From positions 30,814,001-30,878,000 of the forward strand of contig OZ281494.1 of NCBI GenBank assembly GCA_965637545.1: a DNA stretch of 64,000 bases, given 5' to 3'. Below are positions 45,801-59,797 of this stretch, piece after piece (position 1 is the first letter of the stretch; every line of letters begins with the position of its first letter). The notes under the pieces are model-generated. The model did not search any database. It saw only the letters and a program-made list of their open reading frames with translations, and was not told where the DNA came from. Origin of the DNA: Phallusia mammillata (lineage: Eukaryota). A program made the translations under genes and the position numbers.

Positions 45801-47488
45801 TACAACTACAGAAGTCAAATTGTATTGCTATTAAATACCAATTCAGCAATTATTATGGACTTTATTAAGTCATACATAGCCTTTCGTTATCCTTTCAATT
45901 ATTTCCCTTTCGTGTTTTTTATACATGTATACATGTAGCTAAAATAGTCTTTAATGTTGTCGGCTTTTCTTTGCTCTTAATGTCGGAAACAAATCCACAT
46001 GACATTCTGCTTTAAGCCGCCCAAGGTTTGATACCAAACACACATACCTTATATAAGACAGGTTATATGTCATTACTTAAGAAAGTACTTACGTTAGGAA
46101 GAAGATATTCAGTCCGCAGAATCGGGTTCTTGGACGGTTTGACGCAAAGCGCAGTAAGCATGAAGCAAGCAGATATAAAGTTCCAGAAGTAGATGAGGGG
46201 CCATATAATGGAGAACACCCAACCGGCTGGCGTTATATCGATCGGGTATTTGTCACTTAACACTTCCATGTTGTGTTCGAAAAGTTCTGTGAAACAAACA
46301 AACAGATTAAGATCAAAAATGTTAAGCTGCCTTTTATTGGTTCGCTTCCGTGAAGTAGACACATATTGTTTTTGTCTGTGTTTTTTTTCTGTCTAAAGCT
46401 GGTTTGTTCGGGTGACCCAGCCGTTCGACCACAGGCCTCCAAAACGTTAAATTTTATGTGTTGTTTTTGTGTCCAGAGCATGTTTTTCTTATTTTGGACT
46501 GGGTCTACAAACATGCTTAACATAGATGACAAACACACCCTTTACGGAGGTCGCAGTGTTCTTTTAATTATGGCTAAATATTGACCGACTAAAAACAAAT
46601 TCCAGCGTCACGAATATATGATAAACACACATTGTTTAATGTACTCTAGCAACATTTATCGGCCAAGTTGACCTCATAGCGGGATTAAAGCAGTGGCCAC
46701 TAAAACGCAAAATGTACTGGAAAACGTGAAAAACCAACCAAAGGACATTCTCCTTTATATCAATTCGAACTTTGCAACTAAAAAGTCTCTAATATAACTT
46801 TTCCACCGAATTTTGCGTCATAGCAAGATTGTATCAGCGATATTAACACAGATAAAACTTGGCTCGTGGTGGTACTGTGTATTAGCGGTTTACGTATTGG
46901 GCGTAGACTACTTCTTATTTAATTGGAGTGTTTGATAAACTGTGGTTTTTGCTACACGTTTCACATGATGATTGCAGCTGTGCCGAGTTTACTGTACATT
47001 TCCTGCAAGATATTGCATACCACACGCAGTTTACCAATGCTACTACGAAAAATAAGTTTTTCTTTAAGTTTTTCTCGATGCTGTAATGGCTTGTACACAA
47101 ATTTAGGCGTGGAAATTAAAGCGTTAAAAAAATAATACGTTTTCACCATGATGACCTATAGTCAACGATACTCTTAAGTTCTTTCAAACATTCCAGTGTA
47201 GCCCATACCACATGTGTACATTGTGTAGCCATGGTCAAATTCCAGTACGAAAATACATAAGAACCGTTTGGCTTATACTTACTGCTATGTACAACGCTCA
47301 ATGCTTTTTGTACAGAAAATATACTTGCCTGGTGCCAAGAGTTTTACATTGGTTCCAAACGTGTTCACGCTAACAGGTATACTGTTGAGAAAGGCGAATA
47401 TCGGAGCACACACGAATATGATAAAGCCAAACAGAATAAGGAAAATCCGTACGACCACCGGGTCCACCTTAGACAACATGTTCACCAT
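42846..47488 (-). CDS. Uncharacterised multi-pass membrane protein related to the TspO/MBR-like tryptophan-rich sensory protein family, about 328 aa, 5 exons
   Basis: Exons (-) 47329-47488 (GC donor), 46093-46286, 45558-45744, 44090-44230, 42846-43150; total 987 nt, phases consistent. Motifs LSDKYPIDITPAGWVFSIIWPLIY, RILIHNGLGIFGTWIAAATLLNL, YFMLENFVFERY; several hydrophobic helices. Family assignment is from motif recollection. Confidence 0.8.
43520..44025. mobile_element. hAT MITE, 506 bp, in intron 4 of the membrane-protein gene
   Basis: TIR CAGCGGTTCTCAACC / GGTTGAGAACCACTG; TSD CTTTATAC / TTTTATAC. Confidence 0.85.
44787..45253. mobile_element. hAT MITE, 467 bp, in intron 3 of the membrane-protein gene
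   Basis: TIR CAGGGCTTCTCAAACT / AGTTTGAGTAGCCCTG; perfect 8-bp TSD CCGTAGAT; subterminal GGGGTCGC repeats. Confidence 0.9.
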
Positions 47489-49124
47489 TGCTCCTCTGAA
47501 TTATCTGGGTATATATCGACTTAGCGTTATACAACCCTGCAAAAAACATAGAATTTAAAGTTAAATGTGGCTAGGTATGAAAATACAATGTTGAATGACA
47601 CGCTCTCTTTACCTGCCCGACATACAGCCACCTCTGTAGATATTATTGTATATATTACGTTCCTACACAAAATATAATGTTTTGACATGTTGGTCGTTTC
47701 CTTCTCTTGCGTAAAGTCTATGAAATGTCTAATAACTAGACGTACGTTAGGCAAGCCTGTGCTGTGTTTTGCAGTTTATTTTGTTTGCCTAATGTCAATG
47801 CGACGCCATGCTCTCTAAATAAACACAAAAAGTGATACGTTGCAAGTGACAGAAGTTCAAAAATTTGATGATATAACACCATGGCACTTTGTAAGCCGCG
47901 GAAAACATTTCCTGCGGCCCGGAACCAACAAATTTTGTGGCCAAAATTATATTGCTGAACCGCACTTATCATATCAAAACTGAATTTAATTGCGCACCGG
48001 AGGCTGTCGCTACGACAACCACAGTTACGTCAAAACAGATGATTGAGCGAATCTATTGTGAAAGATACATTCACAATATTTGCTATACTGGTTCGACATT
48101 TTTTAACAAAAATTAAGCTTTTTTAGCTCTTGCTAAATACAGGAAACAAGCATAAGCATACTATGCTAAACTGCTTTGCACTTTCCTAATGCCGCTGCTA
48201 TTAGCACGACTGACTAAGATTCCTTCCCTTTACTGTCTATTCTGCACTTTCAGTTCATGAACATATATCTTCTTACTAAGTCCTAAATGTGAATTAGAAA
48301 ACCAATTATCACAAAAGTTAAAACTTTGCGGCGCAATTATGGACAAGAGAAAAAGGGTAACCGTCAAATCAACCCTCCGTATTACCACTATCAAACATAA
48401 TTTAGGTCGTTTATAAGACTTATTTGCATTAAAAATTGTACTTGGTCTTAGTTATACTTAATGGCCTAACACTAAAAAGTTCGTCAAAAAAGTTCGTCGT
48501 AACCACTCGGCGCAAGCAATTGTACAAAAAAGTCCGGTTTGAAAAACATAGCGCACATTCGGTATCTCAAATCACAACCCCAAACCAAAAAAATCGAATA
48601 TTGAAAATCACCCCTCACGCCCACTGTGATTTAAATCACAAGTCTTTGAATCAGATTCTTATCGGCCCTGTAAATGTGGTATTGATTGCATTGAACAGGG
48701 CCGGCGCAGTGCGGGTGCGGCTCACCTATTTTGGTCAAATACACTGTTTTTCCATTTCACTATGTCCATTTGTTGGTTGGAAGTCCTATTAGCAACATCT
48801 TAAAAACTTGGTTTGGCGCTTATGACTGAATTTGTGACTTCCTACGTGGGCACGCCTGCCATAACGACGCGGTTGTTATTTTAGCGCTAAAATCACACAA
48901 GAGCGCATGATGCATTGACGTGTATGTTTAATTCGTGTTGTTGATGTAGATACTTTGATGCGAAGTTGTACCGTGTATATACACCTTTTTAGCGTGATTG
49001 TATCCATTTTATCGCAAACCTTAAGAAAATTAGGGCAATAAAACAACCTCAGAAACAAGTTATTTGTTATTTAATTCTACTCCCAAATTGTGTTGCAAAT
49101 TTTAATTTTACCAAACATATGAGT

Positions 49125-49330
49125 TAGTAGCGAACTCAAATTTGTGACCGAACCCGAAATCCCAAAATCCGGCCAAACCAGATTATTTTTTACTACAAAG
49201 CCGGAATAAGGTCAGAAAACTGTTAAAACTGGGCCACGATTGCCCCCGAGCGTGAGGTCAGACCCGAATCAGGTATATTTATTTAAACCTTAGTCCAAAC
49301 CCGAAAGGCCTGGGCCGACACACAACTCTT
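49125..49330. mobile_element. Degenerate MITE family with ACCCGA/TCGGG subterminal repeats and an ACAACTCT end
   Basis: Similar ends near 10890, 53222 and 54798; no TSD pairs identified. Confidence 0.4.
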
Positions 49331-52300
49331 ATGCAACCTCCAATTTTGGTAAACTCAGAGGTGTTTAGCGCTGCTGATTATCTGCAATATGCAAAAACTT
49401 GGCCGTAAGCTGTTAATTGCTTCACACAGAATCGCGTGGGAAAATTTACACCTTCTTGGTTGTGGTAATGACTTGTTTAAAGTCACCTGACAAGATATTG
49501 TTTGCAGGCGGTTTTGTTAACATTTGCTCGAAAATCGTTTAACCACTAAAGCGCCAGGAAAGGTTTTAGTGTTGGCGGCGCAACAGTTGCTGATTGACAG
49601 AAATTGGTTCTAGAGATCGCTCAAATTCATGTCATAAGCTATAATCTGGCCACACCTATATTTCATCGATTTTCGACAAACAAATGTTTTTTTAGACAGA
49701 CTTTTTCCCTCTGGTGACAAAAAGGAAAATAACCCTTATTAGCGTCAAAACACAGCGACAGATTCAATGGTTTTCACACTGAATTTTCTTGATCTGATTT
49801 TGATGATCATGAGTTGTCGCAGTTGCTTTACTTAAAAGGAGATTTCAATAATAAGAAAAGATTTACTACCTGACTAGCGTATTGCGACTGCAAAAATGTC
49901 CCTTACTATTTCGTGAAACTTCTTCGGCAAAACCACATCTCATTACATTAGCAACTGCAACAGCAATGATCTTTAAAACTATTTTATAAATTAGCATTGA
50001 AATATCTTTACAAAACCGTTGACCAATGCAATCACTTTTCGCTGTCATTTCAACAACTTGTATCTTCAATATTTGTTCGAGTTCCAGCACAAAGCAATTT
50101 TCTACTGCGAAACCTGTACCACACCTTTATTAACTGCATCTTTCAAACTACGACATTCAGACATAAATACAATAAGTTTAACTTTTCGTCGTCTTCTCAG
50201 AAATCGGCAACATTTTCAAAATTGTCAGGTTTTCTAGTAACGTATTTCGCCGACTGCGAGAGCACGATGCCAGTTTGTTTGACCGCGAAACATACAAATA
50301 AACGCACCGGACAAACGGACGAACATTCTGAGACCCACGACATTCGTAATTGCCCTGGTTCCGCCACAGTAAAAATCATCAAAACTTCGATATAATCTGA
50401 ATTATACGCAGAATTTGATACATGCGCTCAACAATACATAACTTAAAGCTGGCAGAAATAGTATTTTACCCCAACGTTAGGAAACGTTAGGAACACTTTT
50501 ATGGTTAAAGCGTATTAAATAATAATAACAAGCCATTAAGATAGACTCAAAAATAGAACAACGTGTCGACAGCACTATTTTCAGATTTTCGGTAAATTGT
50601 AATAGATTGTTGAAAAGCTTCTTTCTGAAGGCCTAATTTCAGACACGATTACATAGTGTACGTCTCATTTTTACAATTGCTTTTTAATACTCGAACATCG
50701 TGGCGCCTTAACCTTTAATAATCTTTCTTCTACCCAGATCTGATTAAAGCCAAATGTTGCATAAGCTAAATCGACAAAACTTAGGTCTGAAGTCCTGCCT
50801 GATCGCAAATAATGTGAATAAAACCCATAATGCAATCTGAAAGCATATAACCCTTGTTTTCTAAGGTTCGAATGTGTTTTAATGTGGTTTTCTGCCTGCC
50901 ATGAAGGGGATTAAACGCTCAATGTTCAATTAGGTCGACATTATCTACCGACATGTCGTTTGACTAAGATACAGTTGATTGCAAGCGGGCTGGGAAACCG
51001 CCCTTTAAAAGTGAACGGTCATGGTTGAAATTCAAGATAACGGGGTGTCAAACATGTACTGAGTTTAAAAACAAGCTGTAAGAAATACCGAATCGTATAT
51101 TCACACAAATTTAAATGGCTTGCTAAGTGACTTATCTAGACCACATCTACGTTTCAAGAGAATGTTTTTTTTTCGTCAAAAAGCTTTACTATGATATATA
51201 CGCTTTTGAAAAGGTATTCATTATTGGGATTAGCCTTGAAGCTTTCATGCACACCTGCGATCACGGTACACTCACACATAAATTATAGTTTACTGTGCCT
51301 TTAGACGATTTATATAAAGTCAAGCATTTCCATGGCGCAAACTTTCTAAATTTTAAGCGCTTTTCTGAATGTCTTTCTTTCAGATCAATGTGGATATTCT
51401 TCCCAATACTCAATGAGTATACTGGCATCTTTTTTCCACAAAATCTAGCCGATTGACTATAGATTAAGTTATATTACTTCAATGTCAGTTTTGTTCTTAG
51501 TTAAGCTATTGTCCAAACCAACGGCTCCCAACGTTTATCGACAAATTACTTACTTAGCATTTTCAACCCATTTCCAATGGACTACATAGTAGATGCTAAA
51601 CCATACAAAGATTATTTAAAATTGTTTTTTTTTTAAATCAAATTTCTTCCCGGTTGAGAACCATTGGTCTAAACTGTAAGAAAAACTAAATAAAGACATA
51701 ACTAAGCATGATCAAATTTAGCTTAAGTCTTAAGTGTGAACTCAAAAAACAACTGCATTGCGCGTGCATTTGCATTTTACTGGTTCTAAGAAGAACGATA
51801 CTAAATTTAGGTAAAGGTTCCAATTTACCTCGCGACGCATGCAAAATCAATAAACGCAGTGGCGAAAAAATTGTCCCAATTTTGCTCAACGCAGGTGCTA
51901 CGACGGTCAGCGGGAGTCTCATCTGCAATTACGGCAGTCAGCGATTCAGACAGAGGTCACCAATTCGCCAATTCGTCGCCTTTCCAAACACGGCAAGGAG
52001 ATCGGCATCCACAGGCCTTGCACTTGTTTGTTTTGCGACAAATAGAATGTATTTCGTAATTTGACGGGAAAAACAAACTCACGGGTCCGTTTTGGAGTGA
52101 TGAAAATTTTCGGCCCTTGCCTTTTGGCAGCGCGGCTTCGAAGTTGGCTCGTACGCCAGAGCTGTTTTGGGAAACAAATTGCTCTTGTACTGTTTGTTTT
52201 TGTTGCACTCGCGTATTTACTCAGCAATTTGACATGGACCAATGTTACACTTGTAGCGTCAAAATCCATTGTGCGAAAATTTGTAGCAGTTTGTGATTGT

Positions 52301-53318
52301 AACGCATTTTGTATGTAATCAATTCGGACAAATTCTAAATTAATTAACACAAACCGTCGTGATTTTTAACATACCTGGTGAATTTTTAACCCGTAGTTAT
52401 CTTGTTTTAGAATTACGGCCGTTGGTTTCCGTAAGTATACCCATATACACCTCTGTACTTGTAGTTAGTTTATTTTTCTCGTAATTGAAACTTAAAGCTG
52501 GAATTTTATTAGAAGATATTTACGCATACTGTTTTCATTTTTTACGAATCTTTCTGCATGTTTTCGGATACTGACGATGCTGTAAAAGCGAAATATACAT
52601 ATAATTAAAACTAAAGGATGAACGACTAAATTTTTTGTGAACTTACATCCATAGTTTTACATTTAACTTTGTTTTCTTTGCAACTTGTCACAAGGTCAAT
52701 GTGAATTAAACTTAGCTTTAAAACAGGTTGAACTGTGACAAACGTTAGGAGAAACGCACCAGGTTAACTTACTGCGTCTGGAAAAACTAAATACAGTTAT
52801 AGTTGGGTTTTAATTATTTTAAAATTAGAAAACTTTCCAATTTAAAAAGGTGTTTTCATACGATTATAAGTGTTATGTCATAGACTACAAGAATCAGCCT
52901 GTGTAACTGGGTGGTGGCTGACGGATCTGTCTACACTTATCAAATATAGCATTGTCTGCTGCTCTTTTTTGAGTATATTTTGTATATTTCATACGATTAC
53001 ACTTTTTTACGGCTTCTTAAACCTAGGATTGGGTTGGACTTTTTTGTGCTCGAGTTTATGTTTGAATAAAACGGACTTTATTTGAAACTGACTTTACACT
53101 TAGCTTCGTTTGTGCTGCTATTGCATCACGTTTAGAGCGCTAACTAAAAAATCCGATTGGCTGTGGGTTTCGGGCTTGTACGTTCGGGTTCGGGCCATAA
53201 TTTCAGACCTGCTTACAACTCTAAATTGTACGTTTTGAGTGTGATGTCATAACAGACTACAAGAATCAGCCTCTGTAACAGGGTGGTGACCGACAGATCT
53301 GTCTTCGCTTGTCAAGTA

Positions 53319-53458
53319 TACAAAATATACTCATAAAGAGTGGCAGACGATCAGCGTCAGTGTGACGATGCCTTTATAGGCGAAATTAATATTTCTGTTG
53401 CAAATAAAACTTTACACTGACGCTGATCGTCTGCCACTCTTTATGAGTATATTTTGTA
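53319..53458. repeat. Perfect 45-bp inverted repeat with 50-nt spacer
   Basis: 53319-53363 is the exact reverse complement of 53414-53458. It lies in a block that also has a direct-repeat copy (about 52865-52950 vs 53240-53320). Confidence 0.92.
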
Positions 53459-54884
53459 CGTTTTGAAGTATTCTTTTTCGAAAACATTCTAAAGTCTCCC
53501 TGGTCCAATGCAACCTGTAGAACATCCGCAAGTGAACAACAATACTACACTGTGTCACATCTGTTAACACTGATATAATCGTCTACAAGTTGTCCCTAGA
53601 ACATTATTATATAGTTTTGTATTGATGTTGTAAGGGCCCAGGTATTTAACCTAGCAGATCTTTAGTTTCAAACATCAAGATAATTGGGGGCGTTTTTTTT
53701 ACCACATCACAGCAAAGGAATTCCTACAATTACGCGTATGCATGAAATGCTGATAAACAAACAATAATTAAACGTTTTCACCTGTTAACCATGGATAATC
53801 ATTTTTTTGTTTGTTTGCTTGTACACACCGTGGCCAATTTAGTACAATTTGTAAAACAATTCGACAGAATCAAAACGTTTTAAAAAATATACTTGAATAA
53901 CTTTTCGCAATAAAAAATTTCTAACTTTCTTACCCCTACAAAACATTTTTGGGTAGGTGTTTCTCGAAAGAATACTTTAATTGTCTGTTTATTATGGCTA
54001 GGGAAGTAATTTGGCCGTTACACGGTTAAAAATGTTGAACCTGTGTCAAGCACACCGATTGACGATATACTGAAATTGTAAACTTGTACTTCCACCTGTC
54101 AAGCGGTTTCCCTCCACTTGTCAAGCGGTTGCAGATTTTATCAATTTTATGTTTATCAACCTGTTAATAACATGCGGCTTTTACCGCAAGATCTATTGAT
54201 TCTCATCAAAAGATGGAGGACCGTTTAGCTGACGATGTAATATTCAACTCAACTTAACGAAAGTAGCTTTTTCAAGTCTGATGATTTGAGGTTACTATTC
54301 AAGATCTTGGTTTGGGTAAGGAGGTTGCTATATGGTATTGACTGTGAGCTTGCATAAGCTATTGAGATGTTGATTGGGGTTATAAAATAGGTGTAAAGTG
54401 TTAACTGATGAACAAGCGATTTACCAATGTTACAAAAAAAACAAAAACAAAAAAGGTTGCATATTTATGAAATTTGTTGTTAAACACGACTGAAGCTAAA
54501 CAAAATACTAATTATTTTTTAAGAACTTGTAATTTTGCTGACGTCTCGCCTACCAGAACGGTAACGTTTCTTTAAAGCAATGAAGTGAAATATTTGAAAA
54601 CACACCAGCGGAAACGCTTTTATATTGCTTGTTAAAAACAAGAGTAGTTGCCAGTTGGTCGCGTGTATAGGCTTAACTATAAAAAGCGGACAACTTTCGA
54701 GCCCAACAAGCTTTGTTAATAAAACATCGGGTCGTGGCCAGGTTTGGGATCTGTAATTTTGGGTTCGGGTCCCAATTTAACATCCATAACAACTCTGTTT
54801 AAACTTATGGCATAAGTTTTCACAACAAAAATTTGTTAAATTTCTGTTTTTTGAACATAGGGTAGGATAACCTCGCATTGAATA

Positions 54885-57800
54885 ATGTCAGATGAAGCAA
54901 TGAACAAGTTTATTGACGTGTGGGTTGATCCCGGACTGCAACTGGTTGATCCAGAACACCGAACCCACGTTAAAGAGTACAAGAAATTTATGGAAGAGAG
55001 ATTTTTCAAGTGGGGCAAGCAAAATGAAATCGACGGTTATTTCTTGAATCCTGGCATGGAACCTGGCACTGTTCGCTATGCTTACAATCAGCTAAAGTAC
55101 AAAAATGGCGACGTACTGGTTGTGACTTATCCAAAATCAGGTAGTTTGAAAGACTTTTTGTTCGTTTTCGAAGTTGGTAGCTAGTTTGTCTAACTTTTTG
55201 CGTGTCTGATTGGCATAAATCTGGGTGGAAAACAAAATCAGTTTGTCACTAAAATTGTAATACTCTGGGCTAGTGGTTCCCAACCGGGGAGAAATTCCAC
55301 CCAAGGGAGAAATTTTAAAACTTTAGGAAAGAATTTATCGTTTGTAAATCGACACGGAGTTCGGGCGTGAAGGCGCGAAGATTCGGTTTGATCAAATTAT
55401 AAAGCGCGAATTCTCGGAAAAACTCGTGTCAATGGTTCGAATCCCACCACGTACAGGCTCGATTTTCAAGCCTATGCTTTGCTATGGGGGAAGGTTTGGA
55501 GACCGGCTTGATTTGTTATGACGCAGTCATTGGGCCAAAGGCGTACTATGATTTATGAATAAGTAGGCCGTGGATCTTTGCATTACTCTGTTTTGCGCAG
55601 GTACGACTTGGGTGACTAGAATCGTGCAAAATATCCTCTACAGACACGATCTAAAGCTTCTAGAACTTGCCATCGGTGTATCACAGTTTTACTCGTATTT
55701 GGAATTTGGACCAGGTTTGTCGGGCTGTCATTTCGAACTTTGTCGGGTGTTGGCAAACGCAGAATTCAAACATATAGCAGAACTTTACTTAAATGTATCG
55801 CCAATTCCCTTCGATACTACATTACACCACTGAACTATGTTTTATCACTCTGTTGGTGCAATTTTGCAGTCGCATGATCTTCTTATGGCCGTTTTTATGT
55901 GTAGTTTGTTGAAGTGTGCCTTGTATGATATGCCATTATTCCGATGTTGAGGGCGTTTCGTATTGGACGTCGAAACGTCGGTTGTTTGCACTAACAACTG
56001 GAAAAGAAATATTTGTTTATGCCTGGCAGCAACAGCTTATTTATTACATTACTTCATTTTTTTGGGTCTATAGATCACGCATTTATTCACACTTTTGCAT
56101 TTTGTTTTGTACGCATTATAGTTTCGAAGTATGAAGTGATGGAAAACATCAAGTTGCCACGTAGATTTTTCGGCACTCACCTGCCCGAAGCACTCGTGAA
56201 CAGCAAGAAAGTCATGCAAAGTGGCGGCAAAGTAAGCAATCTTATTGTCTTATTGGATCAAATTTTTATGTTAAGTCAGTGTTTTTGTGTGGCAACTCAC
56301 CCAAAGGGAAGATAATAAGTTATGTACACTCTGAAATGATGAATGTACGTTTGTTTGTCTACTCCACATAGACAAATAAATGTATATTTTTATAAATGTC
56401 ACCAATATTAGATTTTTCTAGCTTACGCCTTGCCATATGGTGGTGAATACTTGGTCATCGGCTGATTTGGCGCCTTCGATGGGCCTGGGGTACTGTGATT
56501 TAAAAATGAGTGTGCTGTGATCGATGGTTTGCATAGACGCTTCAGGGCTGATCCCAGTTTGACTTTATGTTCATCTTATTGTGTGAATGTTTTTTTGAAA
56601 TAATGCAAATTTCTCTTCAACCACTTTTGCTTCCAACGATTTTACTTGAAACGACATAATTCCTTCTTAGATAATCTATGTGATGCGGAACCCCAAAGAC
56701 AGGGCAGTTTCCTGGTATAACTTTGTTCAGAGTTTGCCATACAGAAAACACAAATCGCTTGAAGATGTTTTTCCGAAGAACGAAAGTGATTTTCTGGACG
56801 TTTGTTTTTCCGGTTGGTAGGATTTAATGTGTAACTTAAGGGTGAATAAGCCTGCCAAAGAATTTGTTTGTTGTGAACACTTTCCTTGTGCAGTGATGAC
56901 AACAAAGTTCCCTATACCCATTGGAAACACAATGTAGTCACTAAATACACATTATCTGACTGCCTTATTTTTGTTTAAGATAATAAAATTGTTTAATGAA
57001 GAAAATACCGGCCCAAAGAGACTTATAAAGCCACATGCTTTATTAATCAAATATTTCGGCAAGTGCTTATGCCCGTCGTCTGTAATATCTTCATTTCTCT
57101 CATGAACCTATAGGTGTATAGTAACGTTTATTTGAAAATGCAATACGTTTGGCAAGCTACCGTTTGTAATCAATTTTATTGTAAACAGGAAAACAAAGGT
57201 CATTCGTAAAGGATGGCGAGGGCTACCTGGAGAGTTTAAGGGAGTGGTACAAACATAAAGACGATGAAAACTTTAAAGTTGTCGTGTTCGAGGAATTAAG
57301 AAAGGTATGTGCTTACTTTTTTGTCAACGAGCTAACCTTGTATGGCAATACATAACTGAAACGTTAAATTCGAAATAAAACAGCGCTCTTTAACCTAACC
57401 CAACCACAACAGTCACAGGGGTGCAAGGGCACTAAGTTATTAGTATAAGGCAAAAAAGCTGGTAAATGTAAGTAACTTACAGCGTGTGTATGATAATGTA
57501 CTGTATTGCCCTTTTAAAACGGTACTAGCTTAACGTTTTCCTTGTCTGTAACCGGCCTTTATTGTTACCACAAATACAAAGGTACATGGGGTAAGAGGTA
57601 AAAGAATTAAAGATTACTTGATTAAAAGACCTACAACTACGTCAGCGAAACCGGTTTGACGTCATACTGAAAGTTTTTAGTCGTTTTAGAATCCTATAAC
57701 AGTAATTCAAAACATTGCAACTTTCCTTGGTGAAAAACTGACCGACGAGGAACTGATGGATATTGTGGAGATGACTTCGTTTGCGGCGATGAAAAAACAG

Positions 57801-58019
57801 GCTGAATCATCGGGAACACAGCAGGAAGGTGGAATGCAAATTTTCAGAAAAGGTAATCTACTTTCCTGATAAACTCAAAATTTTATTAGCACTTATTTTC
57901 TGTGTTTAGGCAAAGCTGGAGCTTGGAAGGACCATCTGACTGTCGCACAGTCGGAACTTGTCGATCGCAAAGTAAAAGAAATACTTGGACACACAGACAT
58001 CAAGTTTACATATGATTAA
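54885..58019 (+). CDS. Cytosolic sulfotransferase (Sulfotransfer_1), copy 1, 336 aa, 7 exons
   Basis: Exons 54885-55140, 55601-55714, 56122-56231, 56671-56812, 57189-57304, 57690-57852, 57910-58019. PSB loop TYPKSGTTW, catalytic His GTHLP, 3'-PB motif RNPKDRAVSW, RKGKAGAWK. Confidence 0.93.
55370..55545 (+). mobile_element. tRNA-derived SINE in SULT1 intron 1
   Basis: B-box GGTTCGAATCC near 55435, followed by a body matching 23580-23670; a hAT left TIR (TAGTGGTTCCCAACC) lies just upstream at 55271. Confidence 0.6.
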
Positions 58020-58619
58020 CGTCAGCGAGTGTTTAACGTATTTGTTAAATTTTGTTAGACAATTTTTTGTGCATTTATAATTCTACGGCCGTCCTGTAAT
58101 CATTTGATCGACCGTGCAATGGTTGCAATCGTCTTGTGATTTTGAAAACTTGAAATTATTATCATATAGATAAGTATCTTTTGTTAGCGTTAGAAACTTG
58201 CCATGCTGTATACGTATTGTTTGAAGATTGTATAACGTAAACGGCATGTTACATTGTCATAAAATTTCATTTTGATGGTATTTGGGAATGGAAGATACAA
58301 AAATGCATATGCTTCTTAATAAGTTTCAAATTCTGTCATAATAGGTCAAAAAATAAATAAATTTTGTACATCTAAAACATAAAAATCTTAATTATATCGG
58401 AGTGCTGGTGTCAAATATGTTCGTATCCTTGATGGCAACAGACGGTCACAAAAAGTTTTAGTAAACTATTTACCATGTTAGATTTTTGGCCCACTTACTT
58501 ATACACAAGATGTAGTACTGTGTCAGTTGCGCTGACATTGCGATTATTTTGCAACGTTTCACTTTAAAGTGTCAGTAATAGGGCCTGCAAAAACACAAAT
58601 AAGTCGTGAGCGATACTTG

Positions 58620-58860
58620 CCAACCACCGTACATGCAGAAATAAAAAAAAAACTTTGAAGCACTGTTACCGGATTTACTGTTATCAAAAACAAAATAGTT
58701 TGCATTAAAATGTCTTGGGATCTTTTTGTTTTGTTTAATGTCATCACATTTCCCGCAAAATAGACTTTGCAAAATTTTGAAAAAGCTTTTGAAACAATCA
58801 GTTCTAATTGTTACAAATCCGAACTATGCTGTATTTTTGATTTCCAGCACAAAGCAATGA
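58620..58860. repeat. Duplicated block, paralogous to 63750-64000 and weakly to 49990-50100
   Basis: Colinear similarity over about 240 bp with the window end. Confidence 0.85.
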
Positions 58861-59797
58861 AAAAAAAATTGAAACATGGCCAAATTTGCGAGCCTTTGCG
58901 GCCGTAGTTCCCCTCCATGGTGTAATGCCTGTGCAACGTGAGAGGCCAAGGGGATCACGTGTTACAAATAATGCTTTTCCGTCGAAACTGAGCATTTTGT
59001 CAGTTTGGTAAAAGTTGTTAACTTTGCATATGCTTTACTCCGTGCCGGTATTTTTGAACGAAGCACAGCAATGTTTAATTTGAACGCAAATATTCACACT
59101 ATGTTTGCACCTCGTTATCAATGCTAATATGGTTGAAACTGCTAGGCCTACATGCATTTTCCTGTCACAAACGCGTGTTAGCAAACTTGTCGATCTAGGT
59201 TGGTATGGCTGTTTCTAAACCAATGACAGGCTAAAGGTTTATGTCAATAAGAACGGTTCTTGAAAAAGAAGCAGATTAATCAGAAACTTTGCTAAATGGC
59301 AAATAAAATTTATTGACCAATTGGATAGTAGCTACCGTGACAAGAAAGCTCAAGCAAGAAGTTCTTTCTCGACCCAAGTTTTATTGTCGATATTTATGCG
59401 TTGTTTTCATCATAAAATTAGGGTCAATTGGGTATTGGGTATCTGGTCGAATTTGAGTTTAGTTTATTTTTGTTTAGCGGGCTAGCTGGATGCGAACCTG
59501 AAATCCAACTTTGCTATGTGTTGATGTATGCATTCGCCCGGCTGTATTGAATAGCGTACAGTCGTAGCCTACATGTTATAACTCTTTCAGATTAAGCCCT
59601 GGCAAATCTTTTTTTTCTTCGGTAAATTATTTTGAAGCCTAATTCAGCAATTAACAACATAATCAGATTTGGAACGGAAAGTTAATTGTACTACAAAAGG
59701 TTTTAATTTTCAGTATATCAGGGACAACCTAACTGTTTTTAGTAACTGCAGGTTTGCGCAAATTTGGAAAGGCAATTGGTACTGGTTCCATTAGACA

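Noticed and set aside
51686-52350. Cluster of overlapping ORFs, one like a type II membrane anchor (52061-52318) and one Cys-rich
   Set aside because: A GC-richer patch naturally yields ORFs in many frames; no family motif and no downstream exons could be joined.
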